Below are positions 39,178-48,549 of a stretch of DNA of 64,000 nt, one piece after another (position 1 is the stretch's first letter; each line of letters starts with the position of its first letter). Made by a program: the position numbers and the translations under genes. This stretch comes from a virus (lineage: Duplodnaviria > Heunggongvirae > Uroviricota > Caudoviricetes): positions 47,836-111,835 of the IMG/VR virus record IMGVR_UViG_3300033076_000838, one strand, 5' to 3'. The notes beneath the pieces were generated by a model, which ran no database searches, had not been told where the DNA came from, and saw only the letters and a list, made by a program, of their open reading frames with translations.

Positions 39178-39504
39178 ATGATTACATTAAAATCCATTAT
39201 TGAAGAAGCCAAATTGAATCCGATAGTAAAAGAGGCTAATGATACTTATTTCAACTCATTTACCGATGCAGTAACTTATGCTAGAAAGGCAGCAGAAAAA
39301 AGAGGATTTGAAATCAACGAAGATGATTGGCAAACTCAAATTGCATTAGGTGGTAGATATTCTCGTTCTCGTCCAAGTGTTGGTAAAACTAATTCATTTA
39401 GTGTTGGATTATTAAAAGGGGGTAAACCACAAAGAAAGAACCTTAACATTTCAGTATATGGAATGGAGAGTGGTAAGTTTGAATTGACCCACTATATAAA
39501 CTAA
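39178..39504 (+). CDS. Putative head-internal protein
   Basis: 'MITLKSIIEE...IVKE' N-terminal motif. Confidence 0.5.
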   Translation: MITLKSIIEEAKLNPIVKEANDTYFNSFTDAVTYARKAAEKRGFEINEDDWQTQIALGGRYSRSRPSVGKTNSFSVGLLKGGKPQRKNLNISVYGMESGKFELTHYIN

Positions 39505-39518
39505 TTAAAATTTAAACA

Positions 39519-40046
39519 ATGATAAGTAGGAGTTTATTTACCGAAAGTAAGAATTTAAGGATTTTCGATTTTGATGATACAATTGTCAAAACTACATCTT
39601 TTATTTACATTACACATAAAGATGGTAAAAAAAGTAAACTAACACCCGCACAATACGCAGTATATAATGAAAGACCTGGAGATGTATTTGATTTCTCTGA
39701 TTTCGAACAAGTGAAACAACCTCAAGAAATCAAACGTATTACATCAGTTTTAAGAAAAGTGGTTCAATCTTCAAAAGAACCAGTATATATTCTAACTGCT
39801 CGTTCAGCAGCAGACCCAATCAGACGATACCTAAGAGATATAGGTATTAATTCCAATAAAATCAACGTAATTGCCCTAGCATCAAACAATCCAAAAGATA
39901 AAGCAGATTGGATTGAAGATATGATAGATAATAAGGGTTACGATGATGTCTATTTCGCAGATGATTCACAAAAGAACGTAGATGCAGCAAAACAAATGTT
40001 GCGTTCTAAGAATGTTAAATGGCGAGTTCAACATGTTAAACATTAG
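39519..40046 (+). CDS. HAD-superfamily phosphatase (RNA-repair/PNKP-like) with capsid-targeting-like N-terminus
   Basis: 'IFDFDDT' motif I, 'LTARS' motif II, 'K', 'FADDS' motif IV; leader 'MISRSLFTE'. Confidence 0.75.
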   Translation: MISRSLFTESKNLRIFDFDDTIVKTTSFIYITHKDGKKSKLTPAQYAVYNERPGDVFDFSDFEQVKQPQEIKRITSVLRKVVQSSKEPVYILTARSAADPIRRYLRDIGINSNKINVIALASNNPKDKADWIEDMIDNKGYDDVYFADDSQKNVDAAKQMLRSKNVKWRVQHVKH

Positions 40047-40104
40047 TAGTTTTTTACTAATCTCTAAAAACTCTATATTTATATAAAGTAAAAAAGGAGA
40101 TTAC

Positions 40105-40326
40105 GTGAAAAGTTTACAAGAAAAAATCGGTGACATATTTGTCAAAGGATTAGTTTATTTTACTTGCGGATGGTGTGTAATTGCATTATCTATGCAGGTA
40201 TTTTTTTTAGTTTTACATTTTAGTGGTAATGATGAAACTGCCGGTAAAATAGCAAACGAAATGACAGTTAGATTAGATGGTAATTACTCAAATGACCCAA
40301 AAAACATTTGGTATAAAAGTAAATAA
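40105..40326 (+). CDS. Small membrane protein (GTG start)
   Basis: Hydrophobic 'GLVYFTCGWCVIALSMQVFFLVLHF'. Confidence 0.5.
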   Translation: MKSLQEKIGDIFVKGLVYFTCGWCVIALSMQVFFLVLHFSGNDETAGKIANEMTVRLDGNYSNDPKNIWYKSK

Positions 40327-40327
40327 T

Positions 40328-40555
40328 ATGAAATTAAGAGATTTATTAAATGAAGTCAATTATACTCCAAAAGCTGCTAAGTTTTTAGATGCAATTCAAC
40401 TTCATGATAGAGATATTAAAGATTTAAAAAATATAACTGTCGATGCAACACCACAAGGTAACTGGTCGGTTTACTATAAAGGTAAAAGATTAGGTACGAT
40501 TAATGGTAAGTTGTTAGATGATGATACAATTAGAAAATACGGATTAGAACATTAA
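40328..40555 (+). CDS. Putative head-internal protein
   Basis: Start reassigned to ATG 40328: 'MKLRDLLNE'. Confidence 0.55.
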   Translation: MKLRDLLNEVNYTPKAAKFLDAIQLHDRDIKDLKNITVDATPQGNWSVYYKGKRLGTINGKLLDDDTIRKYGLEH

Positions 40556-40575
40556 TAAACAAAAAAGGAAATAAA

Positions 40576-40764
40576 ATGGCAACAACTTACAAAATTACAT
40601 TAGCAGGAAGTTTAGATTCGGTAGAAGGTACTGAACATTTAAATACCTATGAATTATGTGAAGCATGGTTAGCAGAAAACCAAGTGTATTATCATGATGA
40701 ACATCCTGATAAACCAGCAACTGATTCAGTAAAATATATTTTATATACAACCGAAGAAGAATAA
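40576..40764 (+). CDS. Hypothetical protein
   Basis: 62 aa ORF after an A-rich leader. Confidence 0.55.
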   Translation: MATTYKITLAGSLDSVEGTEHLNTYELCEAWLAENQVYYHDEHPDKPATDSVKYILYTTEEE

Positions 40765-40768
40765 TACA

Positions 40769-41992
40769 ATGCCAGCACAAAGTAAAGCCCAACAAAGATT
40801 TATGGGTATGGTTCATGCAGCCCAAAAAGGTGAATTGGATAATCCATCACCTGAAGTTGCAAAAGTAGCAAAAGATATGTCCGATAAGGATGCTAAAGAT
40901 TATGCATCAACATCTCATAAAGGATTACCAAATCATGTTAAAAAAGAAATTCTTAATCGTTTGAAAAAAGAGTATGGATTAATGCTACCTGGCCATAATA
41001 TTAAACCTGCAGCACCTGCACAATCATTAGAAGATTTGGAAGGTGTTAATGAGGGTGTGATTAGTGAAAAACAATTTAAAGGTTTAGATGGTATTCCATC
41101 AAACGTTTCATTAGAAAAAATCAGTAAAGACCAAAAATTAAAAATCATCAAAGCACCAGGTAATATAATTGATTTTATTGTACCAAAAGGTGTTAGTAGA
41201 AATTTCTGGCAAGTAATCGGTACTGGTAAAGTGAAGAAAAATTTAGCAGGTGAATTTTATTTAGAAGGTAAGGTAATTAATTCACCGATGTTTAAATCAT
41301 TAGATGCATTGATTGATGGGGTGAAGTGGAAATCTATGGAAGAGAGAAGAAGATTTAACGAAGGTGTTAATGAAAGTTGGAGTGTTAAAGATGGTAGTGT
41401 ATTATCAAACGGCAAACTTATAGGATACTACGATTTCGATAGAGATTCTGATTCATTTTGGGTAGATGATGTGAAAAAAGGAAAAGGTCAATTATCATTT
41501 GATACGAAAAAAGAAGTTGAAGATTACTTTAAGAAAAACGAAAAAGATGCTATCAAACATTTAGGAAAATTAAGAGAAGGAAAAGAACTTAAATGGCAAG
41601 ATGTTGAAGTTGGTGATGCAGCAAATGTTAAAGCAATAAACAAAACTGGTCTTATTATTAAAACATATGGTAGAAAGTTTCATTTAAAATTCCCTAATGG
41701 TTCAACTAAAACATACGATGCAAATGAATTAACGTTTGTAAAGAATGAATCGGTAAACGAATCTACGAATCCAAGAGAAGAAGCTTTATTAAAAACATTT
41801 AAGAATATTGTAGATACACATTCATCATTAAAAGTAAAAGATGGTGGTAAGACAACATTAGTAGATGTTCAATCTGCAAATGCGGTTTTAAAAATATATG
41901 ATAATCTATCGGATACAAATAAAAAATCTTTACTTAAAATGCCGTTAGATAAAATAATAAAAACTGCTTGGCACATTTTAGGAAAATTATAA
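40769..41992 (+). CDS. Putative head-internal polyprotein with DUF3008-like N-terminus
   Basis: 'MPAQSKAQQRFMG...STSHKGLP'; 'EGVNE' x2, 'KLRE', 'NESVNE' separators. Confidence 0.6.
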   Translation: MPAQSKAQQRFMGMVHAAQKGELDNPSPEVAKVAKDMSDKDAKDYASTSHKGLPNHVKKEILNRLKKEYGLMLPGHNIKPAAPAQSLEDLEGVNEGVISEKQFKGLDGIPSNVSLEKISKDQKLKIIKAPGNIIDFIVPKGVSRNFWQVIGTGKVKKNLAGEFYLEGKVINSPMFKSLDALIDGVKWKSMEERRRFNEGVNESWSVKDGSVLSNGKLIGYYDFDRDSDSFWVDDVKKGKGQLSFDTKKEVEDYFKKNEKDAIKHLGKLREGKELKWQDVEVGDAANVKAINKTGLIIKTYGRKFHLKFPNGSTKTYDANELTFVKNESVNESTNPREEALLKTFKNIVDTHSSLKVKDGGKTTLVDVQSANAVLKIYDNLSDTNKKSLLKMPLDKIIKTAWHILGKL

Positions 41993-42009
41993 AAGAATAG
42001 GAGATATGT

Positions 42010-42852
42010 ATGTTATTGAAAAAAGGTGATAATAACGATAACGTTAAATTATTACAAACTAAATTGGGAATAGAACCAATTGGTAATTTCGGTCCTAAAA
42101 CCGAAGAAGCAGTAAAAGCTTTTCAATTAAAAAACGGATTAACACCCGATGGTATTGTGGGTGATGGAACTTGGGCAAAGATTATGGGTAGTGATACACA
42201 AACTGCTCCAACTCCACAACCAGTATCAACACCAACTCCACAAGTAGCAGGATTAAAATTAGATAAATTAAAAGGACATGTTCCTCAAATAGTAATAGAT
42301 TCAATTCCAGAAGTTGCTTCTAAATTTGGAATCAATACTCCATTAAGAGTTGCACACTTTTTAGCACAATGTGGACATGAGAGTGGTGGTTTCCGATTAA
42401 CACAAGAGAACTTAAATTATTCAGCAAAAGGTTTAATGGGTATATTCAAAAAGTATTTCCCAACCGAAGCAATTGCAAACGCATATGCTAGAAATCCACA
42501 AAAAATTGCTAACAAAGTTTACTCTAATAGAATGGGTAATGGTAGTGAAGCAAGTGGTGAAGGTTATAAATTCCGCGGAAGAGGATATATCCAATTGACT
42601 GGAAAAGAAAACTATACTGCATTTGGTAAATCAATCGGTGTAGATATTCCATCAAACCCTGATTCAGTTGCATCACAATATGCATTGGCATCAGCAGCAT
42701 GGTTCTTCTCTAAAAACGGATTACATAGAATTGCAGATGAAGGAGCTAGTGATATTGTAGTAACTAAAATTACAAAAAGAGTAAATGGTGGTACAATTGG
42801 GTTAGCAGACCGTATCAAACATTTTAAAGAATATTATCATTTATTGGCTTAA
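42010..42852 (+). CDS. Endolysin: peptidoglycan-binding domain + GH19 catalytic domain
   Basis: 'DGIVGDGTW' PG-binding motif; 'FLAQCGHESGGF', 'FRGRGYIQLTGKENY', 'RVNGG'. Confidence 0.92.
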   Translation: MLLKKGDNNDNVKLLQTKLGIEPIGNFGPKTEEAVKAFQLKNGLTPDGIVGDGTWAKIMGSDTQTAPTPQPVSTPTPQVAGLKLDKLKGHVPQIVIDSIPEVASKFGINTPLRVAHFLAQCGHESGGFRLTQENLNYSAKGLMGIFKKYFPTEAIANAYARNPQKIANKVYSNRMGNGSEASGEGYKFRGRGYIQLTGKENYTAFGKSIGVDIPSNPDSVASQYALASAAWFFSKNGLHRIADEGASDIVVTKITKRVNGGTIGLADRIKHFKEYYHLLA

Positions 42853-42855
42853 TGT

Positions 42856-42883
42856 AAAAAGGGAACAAAGTTTCCCTTTTTTT
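42856..42883 (+). terminator. Intrinsic terminator
   Basis: AAAAAGGGAA...TTCCCTTTTT stem-loop with T tract. Confidence 0.8.
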
Positions 42884-42940
42884 ATGAATTTTTGAATTCC
42901 ATATATATAATATTATACAAAAAGAGGGAAAAAATAAGTT

Positions 42941-43411
42941 ATGATATATTGGTTTACAGGACAACCAGGTGCAGGAAAAACGGTCTTAGGCACTAAACTA
43001 CATAAGTTTTTACAAACTGAAAAACGTAATTGGAGAAAATCAGTATTCCATGTCGATGGAGACCATTTACGAGAAATTTACCAAAACAAAGATTATTCGG
43101 AACAAGGTAGACGAACTAATATTAAGAATGCTCAGGCATTAGTAGAATATCTACATATATCAGATTGCGATGTTGTAGTATCATTAGTTGCACCTTACTT
43201 AGATTTAAGAGAAGAATTCAAAGATAAAATCGGTAAGAGTATAGTTGAAATATATGTTCATACAACTGAACCACGTGAGAGAGACCATTTTCATGTTTCC
43301 AACTACGAACAACCACAAGTAAATTTTATTGATATTGACACTACAAAAGATTCAATAGAAACATCATTTTCAAAATTGATTAACAATCTAAATAAAATAA
43401 ATAAGTTATAA
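42941..43411 (+). CDS. cysC: Adenylyl-sulfate (APS) kinase
   Basis: 'IYWFTGQPGAGKT', 'VDGDHLR', 'VSLVAPY', 'YEQP'. Confidence 0.85.
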   Translation: MIYWFTGQPGAGKTVLGTKLHKFLQTEKRNWRKSVFHVDGDHLREIYQNKDYSEQGRRTNIKNAQALVEYLHISDCDVVVSLVAPYLDLREEFKDKIGKSIVEIYVHTTEPRERDHFHVSNYEQPQVNFIDIDTTKDSIETSFSKLINNLNKINKL

Positions 43412-43788
43412 TGAAAAAGTACGCACTTTACATCGGAAGATGGCAAAACTGGCACAAAGGACATCAATGGTTAATCGACCAACAATTAAATCAAAATAAA
43501 AATGTTTGGTTAGCAATTAGAAACGTAGAAGTTGATGAAAACAATCCAAAAACAGCACAACAAGTATTTGATGAATTAAAAGTAGAATTGAATGATTTAT
43601 TACAAAGTGGTAGATTGTTTATTTCAGTAATACCAGATATTGAAAGTGTAAATTATGGTAGGGGTGTAGGTTATGATGTAATCTATCACGAACCACCAAC
43701 CGAAATAGCAACAATTAGTGGAACTGCAATCAGAACCGGTCATATGAAACCAGATGGAACTATGACTTACGATGAAAATAAAGGATAA
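43411..43788 (+). CDS. HIGH-class nucleotidyltransferase (cytidylyltransferase-like / minimal ATP sulfurylase candidate)
   Basis: 'IGRWQNWHKGH' HxGH motif; 'ISGTAIR'. Confidence 0.7.
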   Translation: MKKYALYIGRWQNWHKGHQWLIDQQLNQNKNVWLAIRNVEVDENNPKTAQQVFDELKVELNDLLQSGRLFISVIPDIESVNYGRGVGYDVIYHEPPTEIATISGTAIRTGHMKPDGTMTYDENKG

Positions 43789-44003
43789 TGTTAGTAGAAC
43801 GTAAAAGACATATTGCTAAAACCATCTCATATCGTATTTTAAGTACGCTTATTGGGTTTTTATTGATGTGGTGGATAAGTGGTTCAATTAAAATTGGAAC
43901 TGCATTTGGAGTGGCAGAATTAGTTTATAAACCTATTCAATATTACATTCACGAACGTATATGGTATAAGTGGATTAAATTTGGATTAAAAGGAAAAAAA
44001 TAA
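43788..44003 (+). CDS. DUF2061-like small membrane protein
   Basis: 'RHIAKTISYRIL...YYIHERIW'. Confidence 0.75.
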   Translation: MLVERKRHIAKTISYRILSTLIGFLLMWWISGSIKIGTAFGVAELVYKPIQYYIHERIWYKWIKFGLKGKK

Positions 44004-44004
44004 T

Positions 44005-45033
44005 ATGATTATACCTAACGTAAAAAGTGAGTATGGTAAATTAAAAGAAATAATAGTGGGAACTGCAAAAAATGCACAAATTCCAACTATTACTGATAAA
44101 GCATTACATTGCATTGATTATGCCCATTTATCAGATGAAGAATTTACTAAGATTCCAACAGGTAAATATCCAGAACGATTAATAGCTGAAACCGAAGAGG
44201 ATTTGAATAACATTGCAAAAACCTTAGAGGATATGGGTGTAGTAGTTCATAGACCAATCGATAGAGATTTTTCTGAAAAAAGAGGAAATGATTTATGGCA
44301 GGTAGATGGTTATTATAACTATTGTCCAAGAGATTCGATGTTGGTAGTTGAAGATAAAGTATTAGCAACACCGATGACATTACGTCAAAGACAATTTGAA
44401 TCAGAAACTTGTAAACCTCTAATACATCCAGACCATTGGATTGACTTACCTAAACCAAATTTAGGTGATGAAATGTATAATCGTAATGATTTAAGTAGAC
44501 CTACTTTAATGGATGGACCAGAACCAGTATTTGATGCAGCTAACATTATTAAAAGTGGTTATGATATTTTATATTTAGTTAGTAATACCGGTAACAAAGC
44601 AGGTGCTACATTTTTAGGAAATTATCTAAGAGAAAACTTTGACTCAAAATATAAAGTTCATACTGCTGAAAATGTTTATGCATATATTCATATAGATACT
44701 ACATTCGTATTTTTAAGAGAAGGATTGGTGTTATTAAACCCATCTCGTGTGAACGATAAAAATATGCCTGAATTTTTAAAAGGTTGGGATAAAATTTGGG
44801 CTCCCGAACCATATCCTACTCAAGTATTAGAAGATTGGTGTCCTGCATCACCTTGGCTTGGTATGAATATACTTTCTATTGATGAAAAGACAGTTATGGT
44901 AGAAGAACACCAAACTTTACTTATGCGAACATTAGCGAAGTACGGAATCGATTCTATACCCGTTAAAATGAGACATAGTAGAACATTTAGTGGTGGTCCA
45001 CATTGTGTCACACTTGATTTAATAAGAGAGTAA
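44005..45033 (+). CDS. Amidinotransferase (glycine/inosamine-phosphate amidinotransferase family)
   Basis: 'CPRD', 'FDAAN', 'IHIDTTF', 'LGMNILS', 'GGPHCVTLD' giving an Asp-His-Cys triad. Confidence 0.88.
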   Translation: MIIPNVKSEYGKLKEIIVGTAKNAQIPTITDKALHCIDYAHLSDEEFTKIPTGKYPERLIAETEEDLNNIAKTLEDMGVVVHRPIDRDFSEKRGNDLWQVDGYYNYCPRDSMLVVEDKVLATPMTLRQRQFESETCKPLIHPDHWIDLPKPNLGDEMYNRNDLSRPTLMDGPEPVFDAANIIKSGYDILYLVSNTGNKAGATFLGNYLRENFDSKYKVHTAENVYAYIHIDTTFVFLREGLVLLNPSRVNDKNMPEFLKGWDKIWAPEPYPTQVLEDWCPASPWLGMNILSIDEKTVMVEEHQTLLMRTLAKYGIDSIPVKMRHSRTFSGGPHCVTLDLIRE

Positions 45034-46181
45034 TGAAACCAATTTTAGAATACACTCCAAACTCTACACGTTTAATAAATTTTTTTTATAAAAATTTAAT
45101 AACATCAATTAATGATGTAAAATCTAATGAAAAATTTGATATAATTTTTATTGGTTCAAACAATTTAAATGATTGTAATGATATTTTAAATTATACAACT
45201 GATAATACTATATTTTATATAGATTCAGTAACCGAATCTTCTGGATTTTATGGTGTATATGAAAACACTTTGAATTTTAAAAATAAATTTAATTTAAAAT
45301 CAGATAAAATTGTTTTAATTTGTGATGTTATAAGTGATAATGATTTTGACTTGATAACCGAATTTAAAATTTTTAATTCAAAATATTTTTCATTTTACGC
45401 GTATCTTACATTTACATGTGATTCATTCTCCATATTCAACGGAAATCAACTCCAAATAATGGAAAATTTACCCATACGAACAAGTAGACAAAATCTATTT
45501 GTTTCAAGAAATGGCAGATTTAATGAATTTAGAGCATATACTATTTATCAATTATTTAAATTAGATTTAATAAAAAATGGTATTGTTTCTATTTCATTTT
45601 ATGGTGATAATAAAACAATTCATAAAGATTTTAATGATATAGTATATTTTAATCAATATATGGATAAGGAATATTGGGATAATGAGGTTTCATCGAAATT
45701 CCCAATAAAAATAGATAATTTCTTTTTAGGTTGGTATGATAATGAATCTGCTAATGTATCCGGCGAATTACATCATCATGATGTATTTAGTAATGCATAT
45801 ATAGATTTAGTAACCGAAAATATAAATTACAGTCCTAAAACATTCGATTATAACACTTTAACTGAAAAATCATTAAAACCATTTTTGTTTTATCAAATAC
45901 CATTATTTGTAACATATTCAAATAATTTAAAATGTTTACGAGATATTGGATTTGATTTATTTGATGATATTTTAGATAATAGTTATGATTTAATTGAAGA
46001 CCCAAAAGAACGAATTGATTCTATTATTTCAAATTTAATAAAGTTAAAAAATATTGATTTAGAATCATATTTTGAAATTAACAAAATAAGATTTATTAAT
46101 AATAGAAATTTGGTATTTAAGTTGGCTTTCTCAAATGGTATTAATGACATATTTAGGTTTACTAATTTTTTGAATATTTAA
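45033..46181 (+). CDS. Hypothetical protein, TEK-motif (GT10-like) family
   Basis: 'YIDLVTE...LTEKSLKPFLFYQIPLF...LRDIGFDLFDDILDNSYD'. Confidence 0.5.
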   Translation: MKPILEYTPNSTRLINFFYKNLITSINDVKSNEKFDIIFIGSNNLNDCNDILNYTTDNTIFYIDSVTESSGFYGVYENTLNFKNKFNLKSDKIVLICDVISDNDFDLITEFKIFNSKYFSFYAYLTFTCDSFSIFNGNQLQIMENLPIRTSRQNLFVSRNGRFNEFRAYTIYQLFKLDLIKNGIVSISFYGDNKTIHKDFNDIVYFNQYMDKEYWDNEVSSKFPIKIDNFFLGWYDNESANVSGELHHHDVFSNAYIDLVTENINYSPKTFDYNTLTEKSLKPFLFYQIPLFVTYSNNLKCLRDIGFDLFDDILDNSYDLIEDPKERIDSIISNLIKLKNIDLESYFEINKIRFINNRNLVFKLAFSNGINDIFRFTNFLNI

Positions 46182-46204
46182 ATATACTATACTTATATAA
46201 AAAT

Positions 46205-46777
46205 ATGATTAGTATGGAAAATAACGAAGAAAAAATATTCCCTAATTTTGACCCTACCAAAGATTTAACTTTAGCAGGTAAAAATAGGAGAATGAAAAGG
46301 GGGTTGGGAGCCAAACCAATCTTAGAATCAGAAATCAGAGATGCACAAAAGAAAGCTCGTTCAGCAATGGAGGCGGCAAGATTATTGGGTATATCTTATA
46401 ACACATATAAGAAATATGCTAGACAATACAATATCTTTGAAGATTTAAAGAACCCAGATGGTAAGGGAATTCGTAAAGGTTACAATATCAAACGAGGTAA
46501 GTTTTCATTAGATGATATACTTGCAGGAAAGTATCCAGATTATCCAATTTGGAAATTAAAACAAAGATTATTATTGAATGGTTACATGCTTGAAAAATGT
46601 AACAATTGTGGATTTGAAGAGAAACGAATCACCGATGGAAAAGTGCCATTGATATTGGATTTTAATGATGGTAATAGATGTAACCACAAATACGAAAATT
46701 TAAGAATGCTATGTTTTAATTGTTCATTTTTATTAAATGGTAATTTAACTGGTCCCAAAAAAGAATACGAATATTAA
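46205..46777 (+). CDS. HTH + degenerate HNH-fold protein
   Basis: HTH-like 'AMEAARLLGISYNTYKKY'; CNNC...'LDFNDGNRCNHKYENLRMLCFNC'. Confidence 0.7.
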   Translation: MISMENNEEKIFPNFDPTKDLTLAGKNRRMKRGLGAKPILESEIRDAQKKARSAMEAARLLGISYNTYKKYARQYNIFEDLKNPDGKGIRKGYNIKRGKFSLDDILAGKYPDYPIWKLKQRLLLNGYMLEKCNNCGFEEKRITDGKVPLILDFNDGNRCNHKYENLRMLCFNCSFLLNGNLTGPKKEYEY

Positions 46778-47094
46778 TGAGTTTTATTATAGGTAAATCT
46801 TGTGTAGAGTGTGTAGATACATCATGTGTGACGGTTTGTCCAGTAGATTGTATAAATGGTCCAATATACATAGACCAATTAGGTTATGAAGTTAAAACTA
46901 TGACATTGGAAGAATTGAAGGGTAAGCAATTATATATTGACCCATCGATGTGTATTAATTGTGGAGCATGTATACCAGAATGTCCAGTTGATGCAATTTA
47001 TAGAGATGAAAATGAAGCTATTGCTATGAATGATGAGGAATCGATTCATAAAAATTATGAATTTTATGGTTTAAAATTTACAAAAAATGGATAA
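46777..47094 (+). CDS. Fe-S dicluster ferredoxin (FdxA-like)
   Basis: 'CVECVDTSCVTVCPVDC' and 'CINCGACIPECPVDAI'. Confidence 0.9.
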   Translation: MSFIIGKSCVECVDTSCVTVCPVDCINGPIYIDQLGYEVKTMTLEELKGKQLYIDPSMCINCGACIPECPVDAIYRDENEAIAMNDEESIHKNYEFYGLKFTKNG

Positions 47095-47968
47095 ATACTT
47101 AGTTGCAAGTGGTTGTTCATATACCGGAGGTGGTGGTATGAATAATCTACAAATATTTAGTTTAGAATTTCCAGATATTAATCCAAATGTATTTGATTTA
47201 AATGGTGAAATTGTATGGGAAGATGAAAATTTTAAAAAATTTTTAAAACCACATCTTTGGCCATATAAGTTAGGAAAACTTTTAAATTATAAAGAATCAT
47301 TTAATTTTGGGTCAGGTGGAAAGGGTGTTGAAACTAGTACAAATTCCATATATCATTTTATTTTTGATTGGCAACGTAAAGGTAAAGATGTAACTGAATT
47401 GGAAATCTGGTATCAAATGCCAAGCCCGAATAGATTAGAATCATATGTTAATGCTGAAGATAAGCATAAATGTATAATTACTGATATGCCAGATACAAGT
47501 AGTGTTAAAAAAAATTTTATAACTAATTTTTTTGATGAAGATTATAATTTACTTTCATCATTACATCAAATGTATAAATTAAAAAAATATTGTGATTCAT
47601 TAGGAATTACTATTTATTTTATCCCGTGGGAAGACCAATCATATCATCACATCGGAGTTTATTATCTTAAATTAAAAGAACGAATAGCAGGTTATTTAAA
47701 TGATAATAATAAAATACATTTTTCAAAACCATTTACAAATATAGATTCAATTTTATATTATGATATTGATTTGATACTTAGTGAACTGAATTGTGTTTTT
47801 ATAGAAAATACATCACTTAACAATTATTTGGAACGTACCTTTGATGGGTTTTATTTTCAATCCAAATATCCAAATGTAACTGATGATAGACATATGTCAC
47901 GTGAAGGTCATACCGAATTTGCTAAATTGTTGAAAAAAATAGTTAAAAAAGATTTGGAAAATTCATAA
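47087..47968 (+). CDS. SGNH/GDSL-hydrolase-like protein
   Basis: 'GCSYT' block I, 'NFGSGG', C-terminal 'DDRHMSREGH' DxxH. Confidence 0.55.
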   Translation: MDKYLVASGCSYTGGGGMNNLQIFSLEFPDINPNVFDLNGEIVWEDENFKKFLKPHLWPYKLGKLLNYKESFNFGSGGKGVETSTNSIYHFIFDWQRKGKDVTELEIWYQMPSPNRLESYVNAEDKHKCIITDMPDTSSVKKNFITNFFDEDYNLLSSLHQMYKLKKYCDSLGITIYFIPWEDQSYHHIGVYYLKLKERIAGYLNDNNKIHFSKPFTNIDSILYYDIDLILSELNCVFIENTSLNNYLERTFDGFYFQSKYPNVTDDRHMSREGHTEFAKLLKKIVKKDLENS

Positions 47969-47984
47969 AAGTTTCGTATATTTG
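47953..47984 (+). promoter_or_regulatory. Bacteroidetes-type promoter
   Basis: TTTG 47953-47956, 20 nt spacer, TATATTTG 47977-47984. Confidence 0.75.
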
Positions 47985-48016
47985 TATCTATATTTAATAA
48001 TTTAAACAAAAACGTT

Positions 48017-48229
48017 ATGAACAAGTATTTTGAAGTGACCGTTGAGGTCGTAGTTGCAACCCAAAAAAATGGTAAAGACAAGAAAGCAAAAGAAATCTAT
48101 TTAGTAGATGCACAATCAGTAACCGAAGCAGAAGCAAGAGTTGTAAAAGATTTTGAAGAAGCAGGAGTACAAATTGATTACAAAGTAAGTGGTGCAAAAG
48201 AAAGTAGAGTAATTAGAGTAATCGAATAA
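48017..48229 (+). CDS. DUF4494-like protein
   Basis: 'YFEV...KK.KE.YLVDAQSVTEAEARV' pattern of a Bacteroidota-typical domain. Confidence 0.7.
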   Translation: MNKYFEVTVEVVVATQKNGKDKKAKEIYLVDAQSVTEAEARVVKDFEEAGVQIDYKVSGAKESRVIRVIE

Positions 48230-48231
48230 CT

Positions 48232-48498
48232 ATGAGTAAAGAACCGGAAATCGTAAAAGAAGAGGTTAAGATAGAAGTTGCCAAACGTGTTCCACCAGGA
48301 GATAAGTGGACACCTTTGGACAACCCTACTATTATATTACAATCCCTTACCGAAGTGTTGGAATATGTGTATCAGAAAAATGGGAAAACTCAATTTTATA
48401 TGGATGCGAGAAAGGGTATTACTTATATAGTAGATACCGAAGAAAAGATAATTCAACCAGAACCAGAGAAAAAATGGTCATTATATGGTGAAGATTAA
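48232..48498 (+). CDS. Hypothetical protein
   Basis: 88 aa ORF in tandem. Confidence 0.6.
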   Translation: MSKEPEIVKEEVKIEVAKRVPPGDKWTPLDNPTIILQSLTEVLEYVYQKNGKTQFYMDARKGITYIVDTEEKIIQPEPEKKWSLYGED

Positions 48499-48549
48499 TT
48501 TTTAATTTTTTTTATATATATTTATTAACAAACACAAAACAAAACAATT

